A stretch of 64,000 bases of DNA. Origin: Isurus oxyrinchus (taxonomy: Eukaryota). This document shows positions 38,670-50,589 of this stretch, piece by piece. The notes under the pieces are model-generated. The model was not told where the DNA came from and made no database searches. It worked only from the letters and a program-made list of their open reading frames with translations. The stretch spans positions 1,054,001 to 1,118,000 of the forward strand of contig JANJGN010000140.1 of NCBI GenBank assembly GCA_026770705.1, written 5' to 3'. Every line of letters starts with the position of its first letter. Position 1 is the stretch's first letter. A program made the position numbers and the translations under genes.

Positions 38670-39540
38670 CCCCAAAATCTCATCCCCTTCCCATGGCACC
38701 TTCCCATACAATCGCAGGATGTGCAAAACCTGCCCTTTTACCTCCTCCCTTCTCACCTTCCAAGGCCCCAAACACTCCTTCCAGGTGAAGCAGAGATTTA
38801 TTTGCACTTCTTACAATTCAGGCTGTTGTATTCACTGCTCACAATGTGGTCTCCTCCACACTGGGGAGACTAAACACAGACCAACTGCCCGTTTTGCCAA
38901 ACTTGTTGACAAGCATGACTCAGGCCTGCCTGTCACTTGCCTTTTCAATTCACCATTTTGCTCTCATGCTCACATTTCTGTCCTGGGCCTTCTACAATGT
39001 TCCAGTGAAGCCCAACACAAACTGGAGAACAGCACCTCATCTTCTCATAAGGCACTCGACAGCCTTCTGGACTCAACATCGAGGTCAATAAATTCACATT
39101 ATGAACTATATCCTCCATTTTAATTTCCCTGCAGCCCCCAACCCCCCAAGTTCCAGTCTGCATCTTGTTCTCATGTTTTGATTTCAGTCAGCGCTGACCC
39201 TTTTTCTGCTATTAACACATTCTGCTATTTTACTTCCAGTCAGTGCTGATCTTTGTTTAAATATTAACACATGATTTGGTCTTTAATGATATCATAAACA
39301 TTTCCCTTGACTTGTGTTCCGTGACATCTTTGTCACTGAATCCCTCCTGACCTCCAACTTATCCCTGACCTATTTTGCTCCATCTGCTCCACCCACCCTC
39401 GGCAGCAGCATAAAACCCATCATATTTCTACCTCCCTTCAGTTCTGAAGAAGTCATATTGTCTGGAAAAGTTAACTCTGTTTCTGTCTCTACAGATACTG
39501 CCAGGCCTGCTGTGAACTTCAGCGCCCCCTGTTTTTATTA
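38670..39540 (+). mobile_element. Penelope-like element 3' part (GIY-YIG endonuclease remnant plus terminus)
   Basis: GTFP.NRR.CKTCPF...FQVKQRF.CTS.N...CIHCSQCGLLHTGETKHR..ARF is the CxxC/GIY-YIG module of Penelope elements. Confidence 0.85.
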
Positions 39541-39978
39541 GAACACCAATTCCTGGCTTTATCAAAACATGAAATGCATAGCAAGCCGGCCATAATCAGC
39601 GGAACGAGAAACAGAGTTAAAACTCCACGTCGGTATTAAATAGAACGGGAAATGTCTGAGTTGGAGATTAGGAATTAAAAAATATGACATGAAAGTGGAA
39701 GAATTTTATGTTGGTCAATTATTTTCCGTCATGAATATCTGCCGTGTGCTGCGTTAAAATGTTTGCAGGAACCGCAGTGATTTGATTGGTGGGTTTTGGA
39801 AATTGAATTTTGCATTTCACAGCTTTTGGTACTATTTCACCAATCTGTCAATTTCATGTTCTAGCCAATGGCGATGGTTGTTTTAATTGGCTGAATAGGT
39901 CATTTTGCCTCTGGAGAAAGTGGTTTAAAATGAAAAAAAAAGGGCAAAAGTATTGTTTATCAAACTGCAGGGGTAACC

Positions 39979-40050
39979 CCCCTGCCGGCCTCATGGCTAG
40001 GGTTCGGAACTTCTACTGCCGGGACTCGCGTTCAATTTCTGGTTGATTAA
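39979..40050 (+). pseudogene. tRNA-Glu pseudogene
   Basis: CCCTG...TGGCTAGGGTTCGG...ACTGCCG...GTTCAATTTCTGGT is colinear with tRNA-Glu. Confidence 0.6.
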
Positions 40051-40065
40051 AGCACAGTGATAACG

Positions 40066-40124
40066 CCCCTGGTGTCCGAGTGGACAGGATTCAGCACATT
40101 CACCGCCGCGGCCTTGTGTGGGAA
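40066..40124 (+). pseudogene. tRNA-Glu pseudogene (T-arm deleted)
   Basis: CCCCTGGTGTCCGAGTGGACAGGATTCAGCACATTCACCGCCGCGGCC...GGGAA. Confidence 0.7.
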
Positions 40125-40240
40125 TGAGGGTTCTTTGCTCATGTCCACACTGCTTAAACAGAGAGTTTATATTATTGGTTAAAAACTGAAACCGCAGTGG
40201 CGAATCAGTGGAGTGAGAGTTGAAGCTTCACATCAGAGCT

Positions 40241-40430
40241 GGTATCAGAGGAAATGGAGCAGGGAGAGAAGATCCCCAGGGTGCTGTTCAGTGAGTTCAG
40301 GGGGATGGTATCAGCCGGAATGGAGCAGGGAGAGAAGATCCCTGGAGTGATGTTCAGTGAGTTCAGGAGGATGATATCAGAGAGAAGGGAGAAGCGAGAG
40401 AGGATCCCTGTGGTGATGTTGAGTGAGATC
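40241..40430 (+). repeat. 66-bp tandem repeat, ~3 copies
   Basis: Units start at 40241, 40307 and 40373. Confidence 0.85.
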
Positions 40431-40739
40431 TTTTGTTTGTTGCGTCAGGCAGGCCGCAGGTTCTGAGAATTTCCACGATTTGTACTCACTGGTGATCTTG
40501 ATAAACCCCAAACTGTGGCAATAATTTGCAGGAATACTGCTCGATAATGTGTCTTTGTCAGAGCGGCCCCAGCTTCTGGGAGTCATTCTTGGGTTTGTGT
40601 CAGCTGTTTCTTCTGTATTATATGTGAACTTTTTGTTATTCATTTATGCGATGTGGGTGTGGCTGTCTGGGCCAGCATTTATTACACATCCCTAATTGCC
40701 TTGAGAAGATGGACTGTGACGTCTCTGCCTTGTGAGTGT

Positions 40740-41090
40740 TTAATTGGACAAGGTAGAGAGAGTCCAGGCGAATGCTCTGGCGGTACGGGTTCATATCCCA
40801 ACATGGCAGCTGCTGGGATTTGAATTCAGTTCATAAAATCTGGGATTGAAAACTAGCCTCGGTATTGGTGACCATGGCAACTATCACAGATTGTCGTAAA
40901 AACCCACCTGCTGCACTAATATCCTTTAGTGAAGGAAATCTGCCATCTTTATCCGGCCTGGCCGACATGTAATTCCAGGTCCACAGCAATGTGACTTAAC
41001 TGCTCTCTGAATTGGCCTCGGAAGCCGGGCTGTTCGGGGCGGCCTTGCCAGCGACACCCACATCTCATGAAAGGATAAAGAGAAAAAAAT
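40740..41090 (+). mobile_element. tRNA-derived SINE (same family as 4133-4536)
   Basis: GGGTTCATATCCCA B-box remnant, shared core, GGCCTTGCCAGCGACACCCACATC tail. Confidence 0.8.
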
Positions 41091-41524
41091 CTTTTAGTCC
41101 CTATCTAACCGCTGCTACACAGACCCTGGGAGTGTTGAACGGGACTGTGTAAAGGAAACTTTAGTCCTCCATATACTGTCCTGTATGGGCATCTGATGAA
41201 GCAGACCCCTGCTGTTTACTATTACCTCACATGTGACTGTGACAGGCCTGAGTATGAGTGAAATCACCGAGGTTCTCCTCGCTGTGCAATCGTTCTGCAT
41301 CTGAGGTTTGGCATAAAAAGGCAGAGGAAAAGGTGTATTAACACCGATGAGTCGCTGCGTGGCGCACTGACTCTTTCACTGAAGGACCTCGGGCTCTGAA
41401 GAAGGACTGGTTAAAAACACCTGCCTGGGAACGGGGGGAAAACAGTGTAATAGGGGAAATGGAGCGGTGTCGATGGGCCTTGGAGAATGGAGTTCAGCAA
41501 AGTCAGTTCGTTTCACATTCATGA

Positions 41525-41566
41525 TTTATTAACAATTTCAGAGAACATTTTACAGAAAAGTTTATT
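41525..41566 (-). terminator. Candidate AATAAA signals for membrane mu mRNA
   Basis: TTTATT at 41525-41530 and 41561-41566, ~420-450 nt after the TM2 stop. Confidence 0.6.
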
Positions 41567-41979
41567 TTAAAGTTAACTGAAGTGAATATAATGTGAGCGT
41601 CACATTGAGAACAGAGCACATTCGCTCTAAGCTGCCAACTGTGTGTACAACTGTAACAGAGACCAGAAAGAGAAAACAGGAACTCAACAAAAAGGGAAGG
41701 GAATAATTGTGAATGAGGAATGATAAACGTTACTTATTTACACAGGGAATTCAAACTACTGGGAAATTATAAGCTGCTATTGCAATGCAATCATAATTAT
41801 CTCGCACATTTGAAACAGAGAAACGGAAATACCGTCCATGATTGTCTCAGTTACAAATTCGGAAACATGACCTGAAGATATTTCATTTTTACAGTCACCG
41901 AGAGGACATATTTTAATTCGGAATACAGCGATCTCAATAAAAAGCTGAGGAAAATCTACGGTGTCCAAAATTCAACCGG

Positions 41980-41988
41980 TCACTTGAT
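41980..41988 (-). CDS. IGHM: IgM TM2 exon coding part (IK*)
   Basis: CTTCTTTTACAG|ATC AAG TGA, 139 bp after TM1; gives cytoplasmic tail KIK. Confidence 0.85.
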   Translation of the reverse strand: MK

Positions 41989-42127
41989 CTGTAAAAGAAG
42001 ATGAAATAATGAAGCAGATTGTTATGATCTAGAACATTTATGTTAGAGTTTTAATCAATGAAACATTGAGAGATTTTTTCAAACCGCTTCTGTCAGTTTG
42101 AAGTGTGAGTGGATTGAATCTTCTCAC

Positions 42128-42255
42128 CTTCGCTAGAGTGACGGCAGCGCTGTAGAAAATGCTCAGGAAGAACAGGATGATGAATGTAGAAGCGGTTGTC
42201 CAGATGTTGCCGTTATCATCCTCAGAGTCTTCAATCCAGATGCGGTCTGTGGAAT
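42128..42255 (-). CDS. IGHM: IgM TM1 exon (DSTDRIWIEDSEDDNGNIWTTASTFIILFFLSIFYSAAVTLAK)
   Basis: Not in the ORF track (short). Acceptor CCCCGTAG, 128 nt phase 1/0, acidic spacer plus antigen-receptor TM motif (WTTASTF..LF.LS.FYS..VT), donor GTGAGA. Confidence 0.95.
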
Positions 42256-42799
42256 CTACGGGGATATAGCCGAGGAAATATAATTAGATTGTTTATTAAT
42301 CTAGGATATCATTTTTAAACATCTCCTTTACTGTTTCCTAAGTTATTAATGTATTCAATGTTCAATATATATCTCCTATTAAGTTCGTGACACTCAGTAA
42401 CCCATCTCTGTAACTATCTCCACAGCTGTTCTTCCTTTACAATCTTTGTACAGTCCATGTCGCAAAATATGGCAACTTTTCTCCAGTATCAGTTAGTTTC
42501 GAACAATTTCGTACGATCTATTATTGGAGAATATTATGATAGGTATAGGGAGAGATTCACTGAGCTACTTTTTGGAAACTATGCGTGTTGCTTTTTAAAA
42601 GCTCGGATGTGATTTCCCATCTGGTTTGTTTATTTGTGATGGAAATGTTTGGTGCATCATTAACTTAAATCAGTTTCTCAGTAAGAGCATTGTTTCAGTG
42701 TGTTTATCGAGTTATTATGTAATAGAGACAATTGCCGGAGGATATGCCGTTAAAAATGAACGTTTGAATTATTCTTTCTTCAATAGCCTGGCCTCTGTG

Positions 42800-43162
42800 T
42801 TGTGCTTTAGCTTTTGTGTATGTCTGCATGAATATCCCGCGCTTTGCATTACTGTTTGTTTGTGTGTCCATATGTGTACATGTGTGTTAATGTGTGTGTT
42901 CATGTGCCAATGAGTGCTGATTTGTGTATTTTTGTGTCTGCATCTTTACGTATATTTTGTTTTTCTGCCAATGTGGATGTATGAGTATGTTATTGTGTGT
43001 GTTTATGTCTTGATGTCTATATTTACTTATTACTATCTGTGTTAATGTGTATTTACCTGTTTAATGTGTGCCTGCTAATATGAGTGTTATTGTTTCTTAT
43101 TTGTTCCACGTGTCTGTCAGCATATTAATGTCTGTGTCACAGCGTCTGTGTGATTGTGTGAT

Positions 43163-43200
<38 letters not shown>

Positions 43201-43895
43201 ATATGTGCATTTGTGTGTTGATCGATATTTAGAACTATGTATCAATGTGTGAATGTGTTTTCATATGAACTAACGTGTGTTTTTTGTTTTCTACTGTGTA
43301 TGAGTATATTCATGTTTGTTTCTACATGTGTGTCTGTGAATGTGTTCGTCTGTTCCTCTGTGTCTTTGTGTCTGAGTGTTGTCTGCTCATATGTGTGCAA
43401 CTGTTAATGTGTGTCCATGCATTTGTTTTAATGTGTACGATAGTGTGTGTCTTTATGTCTGTATTTATGTCATTGTGAACGTGTAATACTGCATATGCTA
43501 ATAGTTACATTTGTGCTTTGTGTCTTTGTATGAGTCTGCTTGTCTGGTTTTATCTGTTTGTGTGTGTGTGATTGTGTTCATGTGTGTGAGTGTGTCTCTG
43601 TGTGTGTGTATTTCTACATGTGTGTGATTGTGTGTGTGTATTTGTTTATGTGTGTGATTCTGTGTACGTGTATGTTTATGCGTCTGCACCCATGTGGTTG
43701 TGATTGTGCGCGCATGTGTGCATGTGTGTGTGTATTTGTCTATGTGTGTCTGCCTGTGTCTGCCTGTGTTTGTGTGGGTGCACATGTGTGGGTGTAAATG
43801 TGTCTGCCTGTACCTGTGTGTGTTTGTGTCTGCATGTCTGTGCCTATGTGTGTGCGTACGCGTGTTTGTGTCTGTCCATTTGTGTCAGCTGTGTG
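42800..43895 (+). repeat. Degenerate (TG)n microsatellite with (GA)n patch in the Cmu4-TM1 intron
   Basis: TG-rich low complexity sequence; (GA)n at ~43168-43193. Confidence 0.85.
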
Positions 43896-44394
43896 TATTT
43901 TTACTATTTTCCAGAATTTTACCAGTACCAATGATCGAGTCTGACCTTGATGGTGAAAATTGTAGTGAATAGTTTCAATGTTCTGTGTATAAACGTGCTT
44001 TTTGTGAGATGCAAGGTGATATCAGGTGAACGAATGCAAACAATCAACCATGTGCCTCATAAAATTCAGGGACAGAACTTTGAACAACTCAGGGAGGATT
44101 CAATCACCAGTTTAGATTCGGATTATGGGAAACCAATCTTAGCATAAGCTTAACAGGAACAAGGGTGTTAAAAGATCTTCAAATTATGTTGCATAAATAG
44201 ATGTTTTTACAACATCCTAAGCATGATGGGAGTTTAAAATCTGTGGCCAGTAAGCTGGAAGCCGACATGGACTGTTGGTAACTGAGTCATGACAGTAGAG
44301 ACCCGTTCCCTTCCAGATTCTCTGCTCGGTGAGGGTCCAGGGAGCTAATAGTTTTGCTCTGTCTGGTTGTCTAAGCAATTTCCCTTTCGGTTCT

Positions 44395-44762
44395 CTCTGC
44401 TGAGAAGGTGGAGACACACTGGGTTAACCAATGACCTTCCTCGTCTTTCTGTTTAGCAAGTGGAGGTAAAATCAGCTTAAAATTTTCCTTTCAGTTTTCT
44501 CTGTTGGGGAAGTGGAGGCACAGTGGGTTACCAATTTCCCTTCCCCTCTCTCTGTTGGGAAAGTGGGGTACTCTGGGTTACCAATTTCCCTTCCCCTCTC
44601 TCAGTTGGGAAAGTGGGGTAAAGTGGCTAAACAATTCGCCCCCCCCCCCACCCGCGGTTGTGGAAGTGGAGGTGCAGTGGGTGAACAATGTCCCCTTCCC
44701 CCTCTCTCTGTTGGGGAAGAGGGGGTACAGTGGGTTAATAATTTCCCTTCCCCCTCTCCCTG
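44395..44762 (+). repeat. ~50-bp minisatellite, about 6-7 diverged copies
   Basis: Unit ctgttgggaaagtggggtacactgggttaccaatttcccttcccctctct at 44501, 44552, 44602 and onward. Confidence 0.8.
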
Positions 44763-45154
44763 ATGGGGGATTGTTGGGACATATATCTGTGTGACCCTCA
44801 CTTCAGTTCCCAGTGGGTGTGGTGCAGAAGCTTAAAACTGACATCCATTTTAAAGGGATGGATAATAAGAGAAGCAGGAACACCGAGATCTAAATGTGCT
44901 GTGTTTGTTTGTCAGAAATGGGAATTATCAGATTTCATCTCAGTGGGAGGGGAGTTGGTGAAATTATTTTGCAGAATCCCGTAATGAATGAGCTTTACTC
45001 TGTCTCGAACCCAGGGTGTACCTGAGCTCGGAGCACTGGACATACAAGACTTGGGTGTGAGCCCTGTAAATATCCGATTTTAACTAAACAGGTCTAACAT
45101 CAGCAAAAGTGGAAAACAACATTGTGTATGTAAATCACGATTGGAGAAAAGGAC

Positions 45155-45170
45155 TTTATTATTTTTTATT
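45155..45170 (-). terminator. Two AATAAA polyadenylation signals for secreted mu mRNA
   Basis: TTTATT at 45155-45160 and 45165-45170, 28-43 nt past the stop. Confidence 0.8.
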
Positions 45171-45197
45171 GAAGTTTGAAATGTAACCGAGAGATTC

Positions 45198-45589
45198 TCA
45201 TTGACATGAATTAACAGAGTCCATCAGTGCAAGGGAAATATTCACAAAGCTCGGTTTACCGCTGGATTTATCAACCGTTCTGTTGATGATCTTCAAGGGG
45301 ATCACTTCATGTCCCACCACACAGGAGTAAGAAGCGCCGCTGGCCCACTCCTCCGCTGCAATGGATAACAGGCTGTACATGAAGAAGGAGCGATTGCCGT
45401 TCTCCGCCACCACCTCGGTGTTTTTGTAGTTCCCGGGATCCACCGGCTTGTCATTGACGGTCCACTTGACGAAAATCTCTCGCGGGGAGAAACCTGTCAC
45501 TAAGCAGCTGAGGGAGACGAATCTCTGAGCGGCGACATCTTCTGCCGAGGGCAGGAGGACAGACACGGTCGGTTCCCGCGGGTCTTTAA
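45198..45589 (-). CDS. IGHM: IgM Cmu4 exon plus secretory tailpiece (…[25 protein letters not shown])
   Basis: Acceptor TTCTGCAG; CLVTGFSP and YSCVVGHE motifs; internal donor G|GTAAA at 45260/45259 for the membrane form; tailpiece has N-glycan site NIS and penultimate Cys; TGA 45200-45198. Confidence 0.97.
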
Positions 45590-45745
45590 CTGCAGAAAAT
45601 GTACAATAAATGTCAATAAACTGGATACTTTCGTAGACAATGAAACCGCTGGTTAGATGTGAGAGAAACGTGTTTTGTGATGAATATTAAGGGGTTTCAT
45701 TATCCACTTCTCAGAAATATATCACCGATCCTTCACTATAGCTGA

Positions 45746-45912
45746 ATCAAAATCCTGGAACTCCCTCCTTAACAGCACTGTGGGTGTATCTACACCACAT
45801 CGACTGCAGCGATTCAAGAAGGCAGCTCACCACCACCTTGTCAAGGGCAATTAGGGATGGGCAATAACTCTGGCCCAGCCAGTGACGCCCACATCCATGA
45901 ATTAAGAAATAA
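45746..45912 (+). mobile_element. CR1-clade LINE 3' tail in the Cmu3-Cmu4 intron
   Basis: TCAAAATCCTGGAACTCCCTCC...AATTAGGGATGGGCAATAA. Confidence 0.85.
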
Positions 45913-46284
45913 AATACTTTGAATCTGTCCGGCTTTCCAGCTCGGAGCAGAGGTGGCACAATCCTTTTCCCTGAGAACTTATGGGGTTGGACGAGAAAGT
46001 TTCTCAAAGTTTACAGCACAGAAACAGGCCATTCTGCCCAACTGGTCCATGTTTCAGCTTCGCACTAGGCTCCTCCCATCTTGCTTCATCTAAACTCAAT
46101 GGCACAGCCTTCAATTCATTTTTCATTCATCTACTTATCAATTTCCCCCTGAAAGTCCACAGGCCCAGGGCGTTTAGTTGGTGAAATTGCTAATTAGATT
46201 ACACTGAATAGTAAATACTGATCCTTACACTTACACTGGAAATAGACACATTGAACTACTTATTGCTTCAATTTCACCGCTCAC

Positions 46285-46596
46285 CTTGTTCCTTGTGGAT
46301 GGAATTTCTTAAAGGAGTCTGCAGATTCTGATGGCTCACCACACAGTTGAACTCAGCCCCACTCAGCCAGGCTTGTGTCGAGATGTTTACGTTGCTGACC
46401 ACGCTGTTGGGATCCTCTCCCGGTTGGACGGCGATCTCTGATTTCAAAGGCTTCTTCTCTTGTGTCCAGGACACGAGGACTCCATAAGGAGCATTAGAAA
46501 CGATGCAGGTTAAGGACACGGTCGCCTCCAGTAAGACCTGTTCTATTGGAGGTGGCAGTAGAGTAATTGTGGGATCGTTGGGGCAGTGGGAATCAT
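46285..46596 (-). CDS. IGHM: IgM Cmu3 exon ([31 protein letters not shown]...[22 protein letters not shown])
   Basis: Acceptor TCTCACAG, 312 nt, phase 1/1, donor GTGAGC. Confidence 0.95.
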
Positions 46597-47220
46597 CTGT
46601 GAGACAGAAATGAAGATCAATCAAAGTTTCACCTTCAGGAGCAGGACAGCAGTATTCAGCCTTCACTCCCTGAAGGAAAATAAATCACCTTGGACATATC
46701 AACACCTAACTATCATCTTTAATTTTCTTTACACAATGGAAAAGCAGCTTGGTCTGTGTAAATCGTTCTCATAATTTAAGTCGTTCAGCCCCGGTAACAT
46801 TCTCACGAATCTGCTGTACCCCAGTCCCAATACAAATGTATCATTCCTGGGCCCTGGAATGCAGGACTGAAAGCCATTTTATAAATAGGGTGGATGCACT
46901 TTCCAACACTCTATCCCGAAGCTGTTACCAGTGAAGGGTTCCAGACATCTTCTGCCTTTCGAAATATGATCAGCTGACTCAGGGTAAAGCTGATATCAAG
47001 TTCACCTCAATCACTCTGTGACGCCAATGTAGAGAAGTGATGTGATAAAATCCTGAATGGTGAACAATCCGCATGCAGCATTTACATCGGAATTAAACAA
47101 TAACTACATGAAAGTAAATTAGACGTTTTTCCGTGCTTTTTACTAACTCCAATAAATTCCTGATTTGATTAACATCGCAGAGCAGAATGATCTGTTGCTT
47201 CCTCGGTTTGTATTTCTTAC

Positions 47221-47520
47221 CCTCACACTTGGTGGCGTTTCGACTTTGGGTGACCCCTTGGTGAGTGACCTGACAGGTATAGACAGCGTCGGTGAACCAT
47301 TCCCCAGCGGAGACTTGCAGCCGACTGGTTGCCGAGAATTTCCCGTTCACTTCAAAGACAGGAGAGGTGACAATTCCTGAATTCATGGGTTGTCCATTCT
47401 TCAGCCACTTCACGGTGATTGACTTTGAACGGAGATCGATGATTGAACAGACGGCGATTGCAAATTTGTTGGTTCTGATTTCTTCCCGGGAACTCACGGT
47501 GAGGAGAACAGTTGGAGGGC
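47221..47520 (-). CDS. IGHM: IgM Cmu2 exon ([15 protein letters not shown]...[21 protein letters not shown])
   Basis: Acceptor TTTTTTAAG, 300 nt, phase 1/1, C-W-C pattern, donor GTAAGA at 47220. Confidence 0.94.
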
Positions 47521-47735
47521 CTTAAAAAAAACACAGGTTAGCCATTTCTTGCAGAAGAAATTGATAACAGAAACAATGAGTTCTTATATTTTAACAGGCT
47601 CTTTGCCGTCAGTGGACACTAACCTGGATTTTCCAGGGATCAGAACTATGCAGAGCACTATTAATGCGTTATAACCAAGGCCCTATACAGGTCAATCACA
47701 GCCTTTCTGTTTCTCACAGGTTCCCCAACACTTAC

Positions 47736-48035
47736 ATTGCCATTCAATGCTCTTGTCTGAGCCGCTGTGTCGAACTTCACACTTGATTTTGCTGCATTCT
47801 CCCTCTGATTCGGTGATGGTTAACTGGCTGCTCAGAGTGTAGGTTCCCTTCTGGTTTCTCACCGACGGGTATGTCTTAAATCCAGTGGTAATCTGCTGCC
47901 CATCTTTCTTCCAGGTCAGGCTAGTGATTTCTGGGGAGTAGTCCATCACTAAACAGCCGTAGGTGACGGAGCCGTCAGTGTTGTGTTGCTGACAGGAGGA
48001 GACCAGTTTGTAGAGAGTGGGCGAAGACGGTGTCG
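47736..48035 (-). CDS. IGHM: IgM Cmu1 exon ([17 protein letters not shown]...[11 protein letters not shown]...[15 protein letters not shown])
   Basis: Acceptor TTTCCCAG, 300 nt, phase 1/1, C1-set Cys/Trp pattern, N-terminal Cys in the light-chain-linking position, donor GTAAGT. Confidence 0.95.
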
Positions 48036-48584
48036 CTGGGAAAGAATGGCCGATTGAACAAGTTAGACTCTGTGATTTGTGATCATTAAGTAACCAAACA
48101 ACTCAAAATTTGACTATAACTATAAACATGTCCAACTAAAACCCACATCCACATTTCATCATTTATTATTTCCATCATTTGATGGCCCTCGCTTGTCGGT
48201 TCCCTCTTTAGAAACCCACACCTCATTTTTCTGCCTCTGTCCCATTACTAAAAGAGAACATTTTGATATCATTTGAATGACGTACCTTTCATTGGATTAA
48301 AGTGGAAGAGCAGAGGATTTTCCCCATTATTTCGCCACCATTTATTTCTCAATCAGCAGCACTTGGTGACAGAGAAATTGTCTCGTCATTTATTTCATTG
48401 CAGTTTGGAAATTGGCTTTGTTCAAATTGACTGAAGCCCCCTCCCCTCTCCACGTCCCCCCAAAACAAAGAATTGCAAAAATCCTTCGAAAGTACCTTTG
48501 TAATGGTACCTACATAATGACCATAGAACCCTAAATTGAATACCAGTGACAGTAAGTACGACATTTCCATTCGTATGTACATGT

Positions 48585-50110
48585 GAACATGCGGATTAGT
48601 AGCAGGAGTAGGCCATTCGGCCTCTCGAGCCTCCTCCACCATTCAATACGAACATAGCTGACCTGATTGTGGCGTTAACTCCACATTCCCACCTACTCTC
48701 CGCTAACCTTTGACTCCCTTGTTAATGAAGAATCTCTCTACCTCTGCCTTGAAATATTAATGACTCCTCATCCATCGCTCTCTGGGGAAGAGAGTTCCAA
48801 AGTTTCACGACCCTTTGAGAGAAAAATAAAATCCCCTCATTTCTGTCTGAAATTGGAGACCTCTTATTTTTAAACTGTGTTACCTATGGTTAGTCTCTCT
48901 CACAAGGGGAAACATCTCTTCAGCACCCACCCTGTCAATTTCCCTTAGGATCTTATATGTTTCAATAAAATCTGCTCTCATTCTTCTAAACTCCAATGGA
49001 TACAGGCGCAGCCTATCCACACTTTCCTCATAAGATAGTTGACGACATCTCCCAGTAGCATTTGAATGAGCATTCTCTGAACAGCTTCTAATGCTTTTAT
49101 ATCCTTTCTTAAATGAAACCAAATCTGTACACAGTAATTCAGACGAGGCCTCATCGATGCCCCGTTAAACTGTAGCAAAATTTCCTTCCATTTATATTCT
49201 ATTCCCTTTGTAATAAATGACAAGATTCCCTTTGCCTTCCTCATCACTTGTATTATAACTTTTTGTGATACAGGCACCAAGGGATCCAGGTCCTTCTGTA
49301 CCTCAGGGTTCTGAAATCTCTCTCTCTTTCAATAATATGCTGCTTTTGTATTCTTCCTGCCAAAGTGGACAAATTTATATTTTCCCACATTATACTCCAT
49401 GTGTCAATTTTTTGCTCACTCACTTAACCTATCTATATCCCTTTGTTGACCCTTTATCCCCTCTTCACCATTTACTTTCCTATCTATCTTTGTGTCACCA
49501 GCAAATTTAGCAAATTCATTCAGCCCTTTCGTTAACTCATTGATATAAATTACAAATAGTTGAGGCTGCAGCATTGATCTCTGTGGTACTCCACTTGTCA
49601 CATCTTGCCAACCTAAAATAAACAATTCATCCCAACTCTGTTTCCTGTTAGCTAACCAAACGTCTACCCATACTGAAAGGTTACAGCCGACACCACTATT
49701 TTGTGCAGTAACGTTTCATGTGCCACTTTGTCAAATGCCTTCTGGGAGTGCAGCACATCCACAGGTTCTCCTTTATTAATGTTCCTTTTTGATTCCCCGA
49801 AAGGCCTCAAATAAATCAGCCAAACATGATTTCCCTTTAACAAAGCCATAATGGATCCACATAATTGCATTTGGATTTTCTGAGTGATCCATGATAGACT
49901 CCATAATAATCGATTCCAGCATTTTCACTCTGACAGATGTAAAGCTCACTAGCCTGTAGTTTCTTGCTTTCCCTTTCCCTCCTTTAATTAATATAAAAGC
50001 ATCATTCTCTGTTTTCCAATCTGATGAGACCTTTCCAGAATCTAGGGAATTTTGGAAAATTAAAACCAATGCCTCTGCTACTTTAGCAACCAGCTCATTA
50101 AGGCCAAAAT
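48585..50110 (-). mobile_element. Degenerate CR1 RT fragment just upstream of Cmu1
   Basis: IFQNSLDSGKVSSDWK, KFAGDTK and LSYEESVDRLRLYPLEFRRMR peptides. Confidence 0.9.
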
Positions 50111-50589
50111 ATTTGTGCAACATCTCAGCCCATTTCCTTATTTTCCTTTATTACGGGCGTGTCCAATCCATGTCCCACGGTTGGATTGTGGCCCCCGAAG
50201 CCCCTCTATATGGACTCTGGAGCCGTTGTTCAAAATGCTGGTAAGTCGGGTAAGTGGAGTTGAAGGTATCAGTAAGGAGCTGCTCCTCCAATCACAGGCC
50301 GGCCTTCTATCCCATTAGCGGCTGACAGACTGGTTTGTGGGCCTATCAGCAGTAAAAGTGGGAGACAAACAGATTGTGATTGCAGGGGCAGTGAGCACCC
50401 GCTGGAGAAAGGTGCAGGGAGCCGGGAGGAAGCGCATGGAGACATTGTCTTTCTTCTATCTCTGGCACTTATCGCCTTTCCCTGGGAATAGAAAGGATTT
50501 CAGGAAGACGAGAGACACTGAGGGAGAGAGAGAGAGAGAGAGAGATAGAGTGGGACCTAGGGCGGCTGGGGCCTCGGCTCACAACTGCT

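Noticed and set aside
34787-40124. Functional tRNA genes
   Set aside because: Every copy has broken stems, deletions or damaged A/B boxes, so they are listed as pseudogenes
45198-48035. IgW or IgNAR identity for the constant region
   Set aside because: Four C exons, a CH1 with a light-chain Cys, a mu-type tailpiece, a conventional VH and two D segments all indicate IgM
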